This document shows positions 1 to 9,796 of a stretch of DNA of 24,000 nt, in pieces; the stretch's first letter is position 1; every line of letters begins with the position of its first letter. The notes beneath the pieces are model-generated. The model was not told the origin of the DNA. It was given only the letters and a program-made list of their open reading frames with translations, and searched no databases. The DNA is from Kluyvera sp. 142486. Lineage in GTDB: Bacteria; Pseudomonadota; Gammaproteobacteria; Enterobacterales; Enterobacteriaceae. The DNA is taken from assembly GCF_046569695.1 (NCBI RefSeq), contig NZ_JBKHUI010000003.1, positions 160,662-184,661 on the forward strand, read 5' to 3'. The position numbers and the translations under genes were made by a program.

Positions 1-1615
1 CGGTGAAGCAGCGTTTCTGCTTGCCGCCTTCGATCAGTTTGATCGGCGACCCTTCCACCAGGTTAAGAATCAGCTGGGTGATCGCGCGCGAGCTGCCGAT
101 ACGCGCGGCGTTCAGGTTGTCCAGACGTGGGCCCATCCAGTTAAACGGACGGAACAGGGTAAATTTGAGGCCGGTTTTGTCGCCGTAGGCCCAAATCACG
201 CGGTCCAGCAGCTGTTTGGAAACCGAGTAGATCCAGCGCTGTTTGCTGATTGGCCCCACCACCAGGTTGGAGGTGTCTTCGTCGAAGTTTGCGTCGGTGC
301 ACATGCCGTACACTTCGGAAGTCGACGGGAAGATGATGCGCTTGTTGTACTTCACGCAGTCACGAATAATCTTCAGGTTCTCTTCGAAGTCCAGCTCGAA
401 CACGCGCAGCGGGTTACGGGTGTATTCGATAGGGGTCGCAATCGCCACCAGCGGCAGCACCACGTCGCATTTCTTAATGTGGTATTCGATCCACTCGGAG
501 TGGATGCTGATGTCGCCTTCCACAAAGTGGAAACGCGGGCAGTCGAGGAAGCGGCTGATGGCGTCAGAGCCAATATCCAGGCCGTAAATCTCGTAGTTGT
601 CGTCCTCAAGCAGGCGCTCAGTCAGGTGGTTACCGATAAAGCCGTTCACGCCCAGAATCAGCACGCGGGTACGACGCTTCACCGCCACAAACGGACGGCT
701 GGAGAGCAGCGCACCGGCTACCAGGCCCATTGCTGGCGCCAGCTGAGTGCCCTGCATGTAAACGCCGTTAGCGCTCTGACCGGTAACGATTTCCAGCGCG
801 CCTTCACCGCAGGCAACCACCAGCGGAGCCACGGACAGCACGGTACCCGGCATCGCGGCGGCCATATCGGTACGCACGCGGGATTTCCAGACGATAAATT
901 TATTGGTGCCGACATAGCCAAACGCGCCCGGCCACGGATCGCTCACCGCACGCACCAGGTTGTGCAGTTCCTGCGCCGGTTTTTCCCAGGTCAGACGACC
1001 GTCATCCGGGGTACGACGACCCACGTAGGTTGCCTGAGTCTCGTCCTGCGCACGTTCCTGCGTCTGGCCGCTGCGAATTTTTGGCAGCGCGTCGCCCAGC
1101 AGCGTCTGGGAAGCCGCGCACAGCTTACGGTGCAGCGACAGCGCTACGTCAGAATCGGCAATAGCGACGGTCTGCTGCGCCACAATGTCGCCCGCATCAG
1201 CACGGTGGGTCATGCGGTGCAGGGTCACGCCGGTCTCTTTCTCACCGTTGACCAGCACCCAGTTCAGCGGCGCGCGGCCACGGTATTTAGGCAGCAGCGA
1301 GCCGTGCAGGTTGAAGGCGCCTTTTGGTGCCAGATTGAGGATTTCGTCGCTCAACAGGTTGCGATAGTAGAAGGAGAAAATCACGTCCGGCGCCATCGCA
1401 CGAATACGGTCAACCCACAGCGGGTGGTTCACATCTTCCGGCGCATAGACGGTAATGCCCTGCTCGGCTGCCAAACGGGCAACGGAGCCAAAGAAGTTGT
1501 TTTCACCGGCGTTATCCGGGTGAGTGAAGATCGCCTCAATGTCGTATCCGGCGTCCAGCAGTGCCTGAATACCGGTGCAACCCATGTCGTGATAGGCAAA
1601 TACAACAGCTTTCAT
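1..1615 (-). CDS. arnA: ArnA, bifunctional UDP-glucuronate decarboxylase / UDP-L-Ara4N formyltransferase; first ~538 codons, 3' end beyond the left window edge
   Basis: Missing from the ORF track because the frame never closes inside the window. The reverse complement from 1615 reads [59 protein letters not shown]. It contains [16 protein letters not shown] (formyltransferase motif) and [15 protein letters not shown] (Rossmann fold of the decarboxylase domain). Near the edge it reads [41 protein letters not shown], matching recalled E. coli ArnA. The ATG shares one base with the arnC stop (TAATG). Confidence 0.93.
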   Translation of the reverse strand, partial: MKAVVFAYHDMGCTGIQALLDAGYDIEAIFTHPDNAGENNFFGSVARLAAEQGITVYAPEDVNHPLWVDRIRAMAPDVIFSFYYRNLLSDEILNLAPKGAFNLHGSLLPKYRGRAPLNWVLVNGEKETGVTLHRMTHRADAGDIVAQQTVAIADSDVALSLHRKLCAASQTLLGDALPKIRSGQTQERAQDETQATYVGRRTPDDGRLTWEKPAQELHNLVRAVSDPWPGAFGYVGTNKFIVWKSRVRTDMAAAMPGTVLSVAPLVVACGEGALEIVTGQSANGVYMQGTQLAPAMGLVAGALLSSRPFVAVKRRTRVLILGVNGFIGNHLTERLLEDDNYEIYGLDIGSDAISRFLDCPRFHFVEGDISIHSEWIEYHIKKCDVVLPLVAIATPIEYTRNPLRVFELDFEENLKIIRDCVKYNKRIIFPSTSEVYGMCTDANFDEDTSNLVVGPISKQRWIYSVSKQLLDRVIWAYGDKTGLKFTLFRPFNWMGPRLDNLNAARIGSSRAITQLILNLVEGSPIKLIEGGKQKRCFT

Positions 1616-2595
1616 TAACGATTTTCCTCTTCAGATTCCAGATTTTCCTGGCGAACAACACGTTGAATAAAGTAACGAGGACGGGCGCGCACGTCGTTGT
1701 AGATGCGGCCGATATACTCCCCGAGCAGGCCCATGCCGATAAACTGAGCCCCGATAAACATGAACAGAATGGCGAACAGCATGAACACGCCGTCCCCCGC
1801 CCATTCCGGGCCCAGCGCCAGGCGCAGCACCACTAACAGAATGGAGAAGGCAAATCCGAGCACGGCGATGACGCTGCCGACCACGCTCAGAAGACGCAGC
1901 GGCGTGGTGGTTAAACAGGTCACCAGGTCGTACATCAGGTTGATCAGGCGCATAAAGCTGTATTTCGAGTCACCGAACTCGCGCTCGGCGTGCATCACCG
2001 GGATCTCCACGGCGCGGCGAGCAAAGGTATTCGCCAGAATCGGGATAAAGGTGCTGCGTTCGTGGCAGTTGAGCATCGCGTCGATGATGTGGCGGCGATA
2101 GGCGCGCAGCATGCAGCCGTAGTCGCCCATCGCTTTACCGGTGGTCCGTTGGATCAGACGGTTAATCATCTTCGAGGCGGTTTTACGGAAGATGCTGTCC
2201 TGACGATTCTGGCGCACGGTGCCGACCACGTCATAGCCTTCGTCCGCTTTTTCGACCAGCCGCGGGATCTCCTCCGGCGGGTTTTGCAGGTCAGCATCAA
2301 GAGTAATGATCAGGTCGCCGGTAACGTGGCTAAAGCCCGCCATGATCGCCGAGTGTTGACCGTAGTTACGGTTCAGCAGCACCGCCACGATGTGGCTTTC
2401 CGGGGCTTCTGCCGCTTCAACCAGCATGCGTGCGGAGTCGTCGCTGCTGCCGTCATCAACCAGCAGAATTTCATAGTCACGATTCAGGGTCGCGCAGGCC
2501 GCGTCGGTACGGCGGATTAACTCCGGCAGGCTATCCTGCTCGTTGTAAACCGGGATCACGACGGAGACTTTCTTAACTAATGGGTACTCAAACAT
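1615..2595 (-). CDS. arnC: Undecaprenyl-phosphate 4-deoxy-4-formamido-L-arabinose transferase (GT2 family)
   Basis: 326-aa ORF starting [29 protein letters not shown]. It has the GT2 DDGSSD and [12 protein letters not shown] motifs and two C-terminal hydrophobic helices. It lies between arnB and arnA with tight coupling (1-nt gap upstream, TAATG overlap downstream). Confidence 0.93.
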   Translation of the reverse strand: MFEYPLVKKVSVVIPVYNEQDSLPELIRRTDAACATLNRDYEILLVDDGSSDDSARMLVEAAEAPESHIVAVLLNRNYGQHSAIMAGFSHVTGDLIITLDADLQNPPEEIPRLVEKADEGYDVVGTVRQNRQDSIFRKTASKMINRLIQRTTGKAMGDYGCMLRAYRRHIIDAMLNCHERSTFIPILANTFARRAVEIPVMHAEREFGDSKYSFMRLINLMYDLVTCLTTTPLRLLSVVGSVIAVLGFAFSILLVVLRLALGPEWAGDGVFMLFAILFMFIGAQFIGMGLLGEYIGRIYNDVRARPRYFIQRVVRQENLESEEENR

Positions 2596-2596
2596 A

Positions 2597-3736
2597 TCAG
2601 CAGCCTGCTAACTGGTGGAGCGCCGTAATGACACGGGTGGTGTCGTCATCGGTCATATCCGGGAAAAGAGGTAATGAACAGATACGCGCGCTGTTCCATT
2701 CGGTATTCGGCAGGGAGAGTTCCGGGAAGCGTTCGCGGTAATATTTCTGCGTATGCGCCGCACGGAAGTGCAGCCCGGTGCCAATGCCCTGCGCCTTGAG
2801 CTGTTCCATCAGCGCATCGCGGCTGATACCGCAACGCTGTTCGTCCACGCGAATAATAAACAGGTGCCAGGCGTGCAGGTGCGGCCAGCTCGGCACAGCC
2901 AACGGCTGGAAAGGCGTATCCGCCAGTTCCTGCACGTAGCGCTGCGCGATATCGTGACGACGCTGATTGGCCTGACCCAGCTTGCCCAGTTGAACCAGCG
3001 CCAGCGCGGCGTTGATATCGGCCAGGTTGTACTTAAATCCGGGGCTAATCACTTCCGCCTGCGGCGCGCGGCCATGGGTCTGGCGATCGTAGGCATCAAC
3101 GCCAAGACCGTGGAATTTGAGGCTGCGAATGCGGTTTGCCAGCTGTTCGTCATCAGTGACAATCAGCCCGCCCTCGGCGCTGGTCATGTTCTTGATGGCG
3201 TGGAAGGAGAAAATCGCCGTTCCCTGCCAGCCAACATGGTGGCCTTTGTAATAGGTACCCGCCGCATGCGCCGCATCTTCAATCAGCGGAATACCGTGGC
3301 GTTCAGCCACGGCGCGCAGCCCGTCGATATCCGCAGGCGCGCCAGCATAATGCACGGGAATAATGGCTTTAGTACGCGGGGTAATCGCCGCTTCGACCGC
3401 CTCAGGGGTAATCATCAGATTGTCACGATCGACATCGATCATCACCGGCGTAGCGCCCAGCAGCACGATCATATTGAGGGTAGAAACCCAGGTTTGCGAA
3501 GGGGTGATGACTTCATCGCCAGGACCAATACCGAGGGCCATCAGCGTAACGTGCATACCACCGGTCGCGGAGCTCACGGCAATCGAAAAACGGTTGCCCG
3601 TCAGGGCGCAAAACGCCTCTTCCAGCGCCTGGTTTTTTGGCCCGGTGGTGATCCAACCGGATTGCAGCACCTCTTTCAGCGCTGCGAACTCCGCCTCGCC
3701 CATAGAGGGACGTGAAAACGGCAGAAAATCACTCAT
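2597..3736 (-). CDS. arnB: UDP-4-amino-4-deoxy-L-arabinose--oxoglutarate aminotransferase (DegT/DnrJ/EryC1 family)
   Basis: 379-aa ORF starting [35 protein letters not shown], with the PLP-lysine context SFHAIKN. It is the first gene of the arnBCA order. Confidence 0.93.
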   Translation of the reverse strand: MSDFLPFSRPSMGEAEFAALKEVLQSGWITTGPKNQALEEAFCALTGNRFSIAVSSATGGMHVTLMALGIGPGDEVITPSQTWVSTLNMIVLLGATPVMIDVDRDNLMITPEAVEAAITPRTKAIIPVHYAGAPADIDGLRAVAERHGIPLIEDAAHAAGTYYKGHHVGWQGTAIFSFHAIKNMTSAEGGLIVTDDEQLANRIRSLKFHGLGVDAYDRQTHGRAPQAEVISPGFKYNLADINAALALVQLGKLGQANQRRHDIAQRYVQELADTPFQPLAVPSWPHLHAWHLFIIRVDEQRCGISRDALMEQLKAQGIGTGLHFRAAHTQKYYRERFPELSLPNTEWNSARICSLPLFPDMTDDDTTRVITALHQLAGC

Positions 3737-3879
3737 GAATGTTCCTTACCCTATAACACAAATGTGTACGCCTGATTCGTGAATAAAACGGTGCTATCGC
3801 GATGTTGTTAAAATCAGGAATAGATAGATGTGATAATTAAACCTACAACATTGAATTGCAGTAAAAGTATCAGTGTTAT

Positions 3880-3896
3880 CTTAGGATAAGATTAAG
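3880..3896 (-). promoter_or_regulatory. Candidate PmrA (BasR) box upstream of arnB
   Basis: The minus strand reads CTTAAT-CTTAT-CCTAAG. That is two YTTAAK-type half-sites with a 5-bp spacer (first 6/6, second 5/6), about 145 bp upstream of the arnB ATG. The arn (pmrHFIJKLM) operon is the classic PmrA-activated operon. Confidence 0.55.
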
Positions 3897-3918
3897 AAAG
3901 AAATACGCATTCGCACAA

Positions 3919-3935
3919 TAAATGATTAATAAACA
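3919..3935 (-). promoter_or_regulatory. Candidate PhoP box upstream of the PmrA box
   Basis: The minus strand reads TGTTTA-TTAAT-CATTTA. Against the direct-repeat consensus (T/G)GTTTA-N5-(T/G)GTTTA, the first half is perfect and the second is 4/6. It lies 22 bp upstream of the PmrA-like box. Confidence 0.35.
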
Positions 3936-3979
3936 AAATCAATACTTTATGAAGGTCATTGTTCTCACTGAATTTTTGT

Positions 3980-4011
3980 AAAAAAAAGCCCAGTTTGCAT
4001 TGCAACTGGGC
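3980..4011 (-). terminator. Rho-independent terminator downstream of padC
   Basis: 8-bp stem GCCCAGTT/AACTGGGC (3988-3995 / 4004-4011) followed on the minus strand by a run of 8 T (plus-strand A run 3980-3987). It lies about 105 nt after the padC stop. Confidence 0.8.
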
Positions 4012-4117
4012 TTTGGTTCACATAATTCAACGTATTCTAAACAAAGTCTTTATTTATGACCGTTTTAATGTTCGTTGAATATTAGTGTAATAAATAATAT
4101 GTATATCGGTGGTAAAC

Positions 4118-4624
4118 CTAGCGCAAATTAGCAGGGAAATCTTTTGGTAATTCGCTAGCGGCGCAGTTAATTACGCTGTCGTTATTGGCCCCACAGTCGT
4201 GAACGAAGGTAATTGTCGCGAATTCATCAATCACTTCCGTTGGGTACGCCGGGCCCGCATCACGGTAGCTATTCATCAGCGGAATGTGATCATTCTGGAA
4301 GCAGACGGTTTTTTCCGGGTTGTTCATCACCCAACGTGGGAAGAAGATGGTGCCGTGGAACAGTTTGTCGCCCAGATTCGCAATCAGGCTCACGTCGGTG
4401 CCGGTAGGCTCAGTCCAGGAAATTTTGTAGATGTTTTCACCTACGCGGACAATGTACGCCTGCTGGTCTTTCACCCAACGATTCGCCACGATGCCGCTGT
4501 GAATACGATAATCAAGGGTGTTGTCGTTTTTAACGTAAATCTCGTAGTTCCAGCCGTTGTCATAGGTATAGACCAGATGTTTGCCAACGAAACCGCTCAA
4601 ATCGTGTTTATCAAAGTTGCTCAT
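4118..4624 (-). CDS. padC: Phenolic acid (ferulate/p-coumarate) decarboxylase
   Basis: 168-aa ORF starting MSNFDKHDLSGFVGKHLVYTYDNGWNYEIYVKNDNTLDYRIHSG, continuing ...FFPRWVMNNPEKTVCFQNDHIPLMNSYRDAGPAYPTEVIDEFATITF. This closely resembles the PAD family as I recall it from Klebsiella oxytoca, Enterobacter and Bacillus PadC. Confidence 0.9.
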   Translation of the reverse strand: MSNFDKHDLSGFVGKHLVYTYDNGWNYEIYVKNDNTLDYRIHSGIVANRWVKDQQAYIVRVGENIYKISWTEPTGTDVSLIANLGDKLFHGTIFFPRWVMNNPEKTVCFQNDHIPLMNSYRDAGPAYPTEVIDEFATITFVHDCGANNDSVINCAASELPKDFPANLR

Positions 4625-4688
4625 GATTAAATCTCCTCGTGTCGATGCAGAGATCTTATTGCTTTAAAAAGTAAATGAATAACGCTAT

Positions 4689-4701
4689 GTTTCAATGAAA
4701 C
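4689..4701. promoter_or_regulatory. Perfect 13-bp palindrome GTTTCA-A-TGAAAC in the padC / LysR divergent promoter region (candidate LTTR site)
   Basis: Read directly from the sequence. It sits in a 99-bp intergenic region, 23 bp upstream of the LysR ATG. A further TGAA-N11-TTCA dyad (4676-4694) overlaps it. Confidence 0.35.
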
Positions 4702-4723
4702 TCATCTGCTTTTTAAATCAATT

Positions 4724-5587
4724 ATGCATAAAACGACGCTGGAACAATGGGCACTGCTGGAGAAGGTGGTGGAGCTGGGCAGCTTTGCAAAAGCGGCTGA
4801 AGAGACTCACCGCAGCCAGTCGTCAGTGAGCTACAACCTGGCGCTATTACAGGAAAGACTTGGCGTGGCGCTACTTGCCCCGGAAGGCCGCCGTGCGGTG
4901 TTAACCCCGGCCGGTGAGCTGCTGCTCACGCAGGTCAAACCGCTACTCAAGGCCTTTGCCTGGGTAGAGACGCGCGCCGCCACACTGCGTGAAGGCATGC
5001 GCACCCGGCTGGATTTGGTGGTCGACAGTATTTTCCCGCGCGAGCGGCTGTTCGCCATTTTGCGTCAGTTCCAGCAGCGCTATCCGCAAACCCAGGTGCG
5101 CTTAACCGAAGTGCTGGAGAACGCCAGCGGCAACGATGTGGTTCAGGCCGAAGCGGACGTGATGGTGCTGACTCGCCGTCAGGACATCACCGGGCGCGGC
5201 GAATGGCTGATGAATATCGATTTTGTCGCCGTCGCCCATCGCGACCATCCCCTCTTCCAGAGCGAAGGCCCACTCAGCGATGAACAGCTACGCGCCTGGC
5301 CGTTGATCCGTATTGCCGATAACAACAGCGACGGGCAGACCGAGCGCGACGCGTGGACCTTTTCAACCATTGATGCGGCGATTGACGCGGTGATGTATCA
5401 GGTGGGATACGGCTGGCTGCCGGAGGAGAGAATTCAGAACGAACTGGCGCAAGGGATTTTAAAAACGCTGCCGCTCAGCCACGGCGTGCGGCGCGCCACG
5501 CCGCTGCATCTGATCGTCAAACGGGATTTAGCCCCGCTCGACGAACAGGTGGAGATGCTGCTGCGGCTCTTTAGCCAGCAGAATTAA
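4724..5587 (+). CDS. LysR-type transcriptional regulator, divergent from padC
   Basis: 287-aa ORF with an N-terminal LTTR wHTH (LEQWALLEKVVELGSFAKAAEETHRSQSSVSYNLALLQERLGVALL) and a C-terminal substrate-binding domain of typical length. Confidence 0.88.
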   Translation: MHKTTLEQWALLEKVVELGSFAKAAEETHRSQSSVSYNLALLQERLGVALLAPEGRRAVLTPAGELLLTQVKPLLKAFAWVETRAATLREGMRTRLDLVVDSIFPRERLFAILRQFQQRYPQTQVRLTEVLENASGNDVVQAEADVMVLTRRQDITGRGEWLMNIDFVAVAHRDHPLFQSEGPLSDEQLRAWPLIRIADNNSDGQTERDAWTFSTIDAAIDAVMYQVGYGWLPEERIQNELAQGILKTLPLSHGVRRATPLHLIVKRDLAPLDEQVEMLLRLFSQQN

Positions 5588-5591
5588 TCGC

Positions 5592-6782
5592 TTATTCCGC
5601 CAGCGCCTGCGCACACGCCCAGGCGCTGGACCATGCCCACTGGAAGTTATAGCCGCCCAGCCAGCCGGTCACGTCCATCACTTCGCCGATAAAGTAGAGC
5701 CCCGGCGCTTTCTTCGCTTCCATGGTGCGTGAAGAGAGTTCGTTGGTGTCAACGCCGCCCAGCGTCACTTCCGCCGTGCGATAGCCTTCGGTGCCGTTTG
5801 GCTGTACGCGCCAGTCGGTCAGGGTATCGACCAACGTTTGCTGTTCGCGAACGTTCAGCTGTTTAAGGGTGACGTCAGGAATTTGCCCAAGCTGTTGCAG
5901 GCATTCAACCAACCGTTTCGGTAACTGCATCGCCAGCGTGTTTTTCAGGCTCTGATTCGGATGTTCGGCGCGCTGGACGTCGAGGAAGTCCGCCAGATCG
6001 ATATCCGGCAGTAAATTAATGCTCACGAACTCGCCCGCCTGCCAATAGCTTGAGATTTGCAACACTGCGGGGCCAGAGAGGCCACGGTGGGTGAAAAGCA
6101 GACTTTCGCGGAATACCGTGCCGTCCTGCGCGGTGATGACCGACGGCACTGACACGCCGGAAAGCACCTGCAGCGGTTCGAGCATCGGCTTGTGCAGCGT
6201 AAACGGCACCAGACCTGCGCGGGTTGGCAGCACCTTCAGGCCAAACTGCTCGGCAACCTTATAGCCGAAAGGCGTTGCCCCAAGGCCCGGCATCGACAGG
6301 CCGCCGCTGGCAATCACCAGCTTATCGGCCGACACTTCATCACCGTTAAGTTGAAGCGTGTAGCCCTCGTCATTACGGGTGACGCTCAGGATTTCACTTC
6401 GCAGGCGCGTGGTCACGTTGCCCTTTTCGCACTCGGCAACCAGCATCGCCACGATTTGATCGGCGGAGTCATCGCAGAAAAGCTGCCCGAGGGTCTTTTC
6501 ATGCCAGGCAATACCGTGCTTGCCGACCATGTCGATAAAGTCCCATTGGGTATAGCGCGCCAGTGCAGATTTGCAGAAATGCGGGTTTTGACTCAGATAT
6601 GCCGCGGGTTCGACATAAAGGTTAGTAAAATTGCAGCGACCGCCGCCGGACATGAGGATTTTACGCCCCGGTTTTTTACCGTTATCTAACAGCAAAACGC
6701 GGCGCCCAGCCTGCCCAGCCATGGCGGCACAAAACATTCCTGCCGCTCCGGCACCTACTACAATGGCATCAAACCTTTCCAC
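5592..6782 (-). CDS. yhiN: NAD(P)/FAD-dependent oxidoreductase, YhiN / HI0933 family
   Basis: 396-aa ORF starting MERFDAIVVGAGAAGMFCAAMAGQAGRRVLLLDNGKKPGRKILMSGGGRCNFTN. The GxGxxG FAD fold and the SGGGRCN motif match recalled E. coli YhiN, and the gene is adjacent to pitA as in E. coli. Confidence 0.88.
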   Translation of the reverse strand: MERFDAIVVGAGAAGMFCAAMAGQAGRRVLLLDNGKKPGRKILMSGGGRCNFTNLYVEPAAYLSQNPHFCKSALARYTQWDFIDMVGKHGIAWHEKTLGQLFCDDSADQIVAMLVAECEKGNVTTRLRSEILSVTRNDEGYTLQLNGDEVSADKLVIASGGLSMPGLGATPFGYKVAEQFGLKVLPTRAGLVPFTLHKPMLEPLQVLSGVSVPSVITAQDGTVFRESLLFTHRGLSGPAVLQISSYWQAGEFVSINLLPDIDLADFLDVQRAEHPNQSLKNTLAMQLPKRLVECLQQLGQIPDVTLKQLNVREQQTLVDTLTDWRVQPNGTEGYRTAEVTLGGVDTNELSSRTMEAKKAPGLYFIGEVMDVTGWLGGYNFQWAWSSAWACAQALAE

Positions 6783-7012
6783 GCACTATCCTCAACTTAG
6801 GTATTGTCGGGAATTGTAAATTTTTCACCGAAGTCGTACCAGTGAAATATCAACAAACCCGACTTATCTGATTGATACAAAATAAATAATTCTTTCTGAC
6901 CTTTAAAATAGTATGGACAAATATCAAAAAAAATAGAGATTTCACTTTGCCCGCGCCGCCAATGTCCCTGATAATGCCGCGCGTTCATGTCCTCAAAATG
7001 GCGTAACGTCCT

Positions 7013-8500
7013 ATGTTACATTTGTTTGCTGGTCTGGATTTACATACCGGGCTGTTGTTAGTACTGGCACTGTTGTTTGTTCTTTTCTACGAAGCGATTA
7101 ACGGCTTCCATGATACGGCTAACGCAGTGGCTACCGTAATTTATACCCGTGCTATGCGTTCGCAGCTTGCTGTGGCGATGGCCGCGATATTTAACTTCTT
7201 CGGCGTTCTGTTGGGCGGCCTGAGTGTAGCTTATGCCATCGTGCATATGCTGCCGACGGATCTGTTGCTCAATATGGGCTCCGCTCACGGCCTCGCCATG
7301 GTCTTTTCCATGCTGCTGGCGGCTATTATCTGGAACCTCGGCACCTGGTATTTTGGTCTGCCTGCGTCCAGCTCCCACACGCTTATCGGTGCCATTATCG
7401 GTATTGGTTTAACCAATGCGATGATGACCGGAACGTCCGTGGTTGATGCACTCAACATCCCGAAAGTGATTAACATTTTCGCCTCGTTGATCGTGTCGCC
7501 AATTGTGGGTCTGGTCTTTGCTGGCGGTCTGATTTTCCTGCTGCGTCGTTTCTGGAGCGGTACCAAAAAACGTGCCCGCATCCACCTGACTCCTGCTGAA
7601 CGTGAAAAGAAAGACGGCAAGAAAAAGCCGCCGTTCTGGACCCGTATTGCTCTGATCCTCTCCGCAATTGGCGTGGCATTCTCCCACGGTGCGAACGACG
7701 GTCAGAAAGGCATTGGTCTGGTGATGCTGGTACTGATTGGCGTTGCTCCGGCAGGCTTCGTGGTTAACATGAACGCTTCCGGCTACGAAATCACCCGTAC
7801 CCGCGATGCGGTCAACAACGTTGAAACCTTCTTCCAGCAGCGCCCTGAACTGCTGCTGAAAGTACAGAACAGCGCTGACCCGTTAACCCCAGCAGCACTG
7901 GAAGCCACTGAGTTCCACTGCCACCCGGCTAACACCATGAACGCGCTTGAGCGTACTAAGGCGATGCTGTCGGGAATCGAGAGCTACGATAAACTCTCGG
8001 TAGAGCAGCGCGGTCAACTTCGTCGCATCATGCTTTGCATCTCTGATACCACCGATAAAGTGGCCAAGATGCCGGAAGTGAATGCCGACGATCAACGTCT
8101 GTTGAAGAAGCTGAAAACCGACATGCTGAGCACCATTGAGTACGCGCCAATCTGGATTATTATGGCGGTCGCACTGGCGCTGGGCATTGGTACCATGATC
8201 GGCTGGCGTCGCGTTGCCACCACTATCGGTGAAAAAATCGGTAAGAAAGGCATGACCTACGCTCAGGGGATGTCCGCACAGATGACCTCTGCGGTGTCCA
8301 TCGGTCTGGCAAGCTATACCGGGATGCCGGTCTCCACGACGCACGTACTCTCCTCTTCCGTGGCGGGTACCATGCTGGTTGATGGCGGCGGGTTACAGCG
8401 TAAAACCGTGACCAACATCCTGATGGCCTGGGTCTTCACCCTGCCGGCCTCTATCATTCTGTCCGGCGTGCTGTACTGGATCTCGCTGAAGCTTATCTAA
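7013..8500 (+). CDS. pitA: Low-affinity inorganic phosphate / metal-phosphate transporter PitA (PiT family)
   Basis: 495-aa polytopic ORF starting [16 protein letters not shown], with duplicated PiT signatures [11 protein letters not shown] and [11 protein letters not shown]. Near-colinear with recalled E. coli PitA. Confidence 0.94.
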   Translation: MLHLFAGLDLHTGLLLVLALLFVLFYEAINGFHDTANAVATVIYTRAMRSQLAVAMAAIFNFFGVLLGGLSVAYAIVHMLPTDLLLNMGSAHGLAMVFSMLLAAIIWNLGTWYFGLPASSSHTLIGAIIGIGLTNAMMTGTSVVDALNIPKVINIFASLIVSPIVGLVFAGGLIFLLRRFWSGTKKRARIHLTPAEREKKDGKKKPPFWTRIALILSAIGVAFSHGANDGQKGIGLVMLVLIGVAPAGFVVNMNASGYEITRTRDAVNNVETFFQQRPELLLKVQNSADPLTPAALEATEFHCHPANTMNALERTKAMLSGIESYDKLSVEQRGQLRRIMLCISDTTDKVAKMPEVNADDQRLLKKLKTDMLSTIEYAPIWIIMAVALALGIGTMIGWRRVATTIGEKIGKKGMTYAQGMSAQMTSAVSIGLASYTGMPVSTTHVLSSSVAGTMLVDGGGLQRKTVTNILMAWVFTLPASIILSGVLYWISLKLI

Positions 8501-8520
8501 GTCAGCGGCGATAAAAACAT

Positions 8521-8552
8521 AAAAACGGGTCAGGAAACTGGCCCGTTTTTTT
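8521..8552. terminator. Bidirectional rho-independent terminator shared by convergent pitA and uspB
   Basis: 9-bp stem ACGGGTCAG/CTGGCCCGT (8525-8533 / 8538-8546, one G-U pair) with a GAAA loop. A 5-A run precedes it and a 7-T run follows it. Confidence 0.85.
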
Positions 8553-8554
8553 AC

Positions 8555-8890
8555 TTAGTGCCAAATCATCAAAGCAATTAAGCTGATGACCACCAATCCA
8601 CACAGCGAACTGGTCAAAATAAACTGACGGCGAACGCGCTCGCAGCGACGAATAAATTCATCGTCGTGATGGTCGAGGTAACGCTGCCCGTAAATGTACC
8701 AGACCAGGCGCATCTGCTTGCCCGGCTGGCCGTGGGAGGTGAAAAAGCCACCGCCATCGACATACTGATAGAGCAAGGGATCGCAACCTCGTAGTACCAC
8801 CAATAGCGCACGTAGTGACGAGAAGTAACGTGCCATATTCACCACACAAACGACACACAGGGCCCAAAACAGCGCAATCGTGCTGATCAT
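8555..8890 (-). CDS. uspB: Universal stress protein B (small inner-membrane protein)
   Basis: The track ORF is 130 aa. The orthologous start is the internal [50 protein letters not shown] (111 aa), matching recalled E. coli UspB almost residue for residue. Confidence 0.92.
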   Translation of the reverse strand: MISTIALFWALCVVCVVNMARYFSSLRALLVVLRGCDPLLYQYVDGGGFFTSHGQPGKQMRLVWYIYGQRYLDHHDDEFIRRCERVRRQFILTSSLCGLVVISLIALMIWH

Positions 8891-9113
8891 AACTCCTCCC
8901 CGGCGACCAGCCCTCAGAGATACCCCCCAGGGCATACCGCTCCCCAATTTCCCACCAACACCTCAGTAAAAGAGTGCGATTCCGATCACGTTTATTTATT
9001 CGATCGGCTCATTAAATAGTGTAGAAGATCAGTTAAATTTTTTACCACAAGGTTAATCGTTATCAATACGTAAGAATGAAAAATTTGTTTAACTAATTGG
9101 CGAACCGGATGCA

Positions 9114-9140
9114 TTGACGGCGCCCCAAGGCCGCTATAAG
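9114..9140 (+). promoter_or_regulatory. Candidate sigma70 promoter of uspA
   Basis: TTGACG (9114-9119) and TATAAG (9135-9140), with a short 15-bp spacer. The position about 130 nt upstream of the ATG is consistent with the long uspA leader described for E. coli. Confidence 0.45.
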
Positions 9141-9272
9141 GTAGAAATATCTTCTACAATTAGGTCTTTAAGGGCAAACCCCGCGCAGATAGCACGCAGG
9201 ACGCGGGCAAGGGACAGCGCATGGGCTGTCTGGTCCAACAGTCATCGACAACTTTATGGAAGGAGTAACACT

Positions 9273-9710
9273 ATGGCTTACAAACACATTCTTATCGCCG
9301 TCGACCTTTCACCAGAGAGCAAAGTTCTGGTGGAGAAAGCGGTATCAATGGCTCGCCCTTACAATGCGAAAGTCTCTCTGATTCACGTTGACGTGAACTA
9401 TTCCGATCTCTACACCGGGCTAATTGATGTCAATCTGGGCGATATGCAAAAACGTATCTCCGAAGAGACCCACCACGCGCTGAGCGAGCTCTCCACCGGC
9501 GCGGGCTATCCAATCACCGAAACCCTGAGCGGCAGCGGCGACCTGGGGCAGGTGCTGGTTGATGCTATCAAGAAATACGATATGGACCTGGTTGTCTGCG
9601 GTCACCACCAGGACTTCTGGAGCAAACTGATGTCTTCTGCTCGTCAGCTTATCAACACCGTTCACGTTGATATGCTGATTGTTCCGCTGCGCGACGACGA
9701 AGAAGAGTAA
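9273..9710 (+). CDS. uspA: Universal stress protein A
   Basis: The internal start [65 protein letters not shown] is preceded by GGAAGGAG. Its 145 aa are near-identical to recalled E. coli UspA. The 53-codon upstream extension in the track is not supported. Confidence 0.95.
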   Translation: MAYKHILIAVDLSPESKVLVEKAVSMARPYNAKVSLIHVDVNYSDLYTGLIDVNLGDMQKRISEETHHALSELSTGAGYPITETLSGSGDLGQVLVDAIKKYDMDLVVCGHHQDFWSKLMSSARQLINTVHVDMLIVPLRDDEEE

Positions 9711-9720
9711 CACGCAGTCG

Positions 9721-9792
9721 GTAGCCCGGACGAGGCGCGCCAGCGCCGACTCCGGGGTTTTCCCCGGCGTCATTGCGTTCGGCCGGGCTACT
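9721..9792. repeat. REP-like extended palindrome between convergent uspA and the Rrf2 gene
   Basis: The outer arms GTAGCCCGG (9721-9729) and CCGGGCTAC (9784-9792) are perfectly complementary. The interior contains CCGGGG-TTTT-CCCCGG. It resembles enterobacterial REP units (GTAGSCCGG...). Confidence 0.6.
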
Positions 9793-9796
9793 TAGT

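Noticed and set aside
479-1618. Long plus-strand ORFs of 379 aa (479-1618), 176 aa (1990-2520) and 320 aa (2753-3715) across the arn genes
   Set aside because: They are antisense to arnA, arnC and arnB, in the exactly codon-complementary frame. Their products are Arg/Val/Gly/His-rich with no recognisable motif. The opposite strand encodes clear ArnA/ArnC/ArnB sequences. These are shadow ORFs caused by the rarity of TTA/CTA/TCA sense codons.
3949-3981. 10-codon mini-ORF ATGAAGGTCATTGTTCTCACTGAATTTTTGTAA (MKVIVLTEFL) ending immediately before the 3988-4011 hairpin, resembling a leader-peptide attenuator
   Set aside because: It has no Shine-Dalgarno sequence and no downstream plus-strand gene to attenuate (the next gene, padC, is on the minus strand). 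The hairpin's strong T-run is on the minus strand, where it serves as the padC terminator.
4024-4080. Long-range inverted repeat ATTCAACG ... CGTTGAAT (8-bp arms, ~40-nt AT-rich loop) downstream of padC
   Set aside because: Short arms with a large loop in AT-rich DNA have low thermodynamic significance and are likely to arise by chance. The real terminator hairpin lies just beyond at 3988-4011.
6797-6988. 63-aa minus-strand ORF in the yhiN-pitA intergenic region
   Set aside because: It lies in AT-rich promoter DNA, has no convincing RBS, has an odd composition (W/Y/F/K-rich with no hydrophobic core or motif), and would end 15 nt before yhiN. It is most likely a chance ORF, though I cannot exclude a small protein without Ribo-seq data.
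8891-8947. N-terminal extensions in the ORF track: uspB (to 8947), uspA (from 9114), rlmJ (from 17782), PAP2 (TTG at 17732), oxidoreductase (GTG at 10516), yncE homologue (ATG at 22291)
   Set aside because: The E. coli orthologues begin at the internal Met (MIST.., MAYKH.., MLSYRH..). Those internal starts, or the ones I chose, have better Shine-Dalgarno sequences and yield sensible signal peptides or Rossmann N-termini. The extensions read as non-coding leader or promoter DNA.
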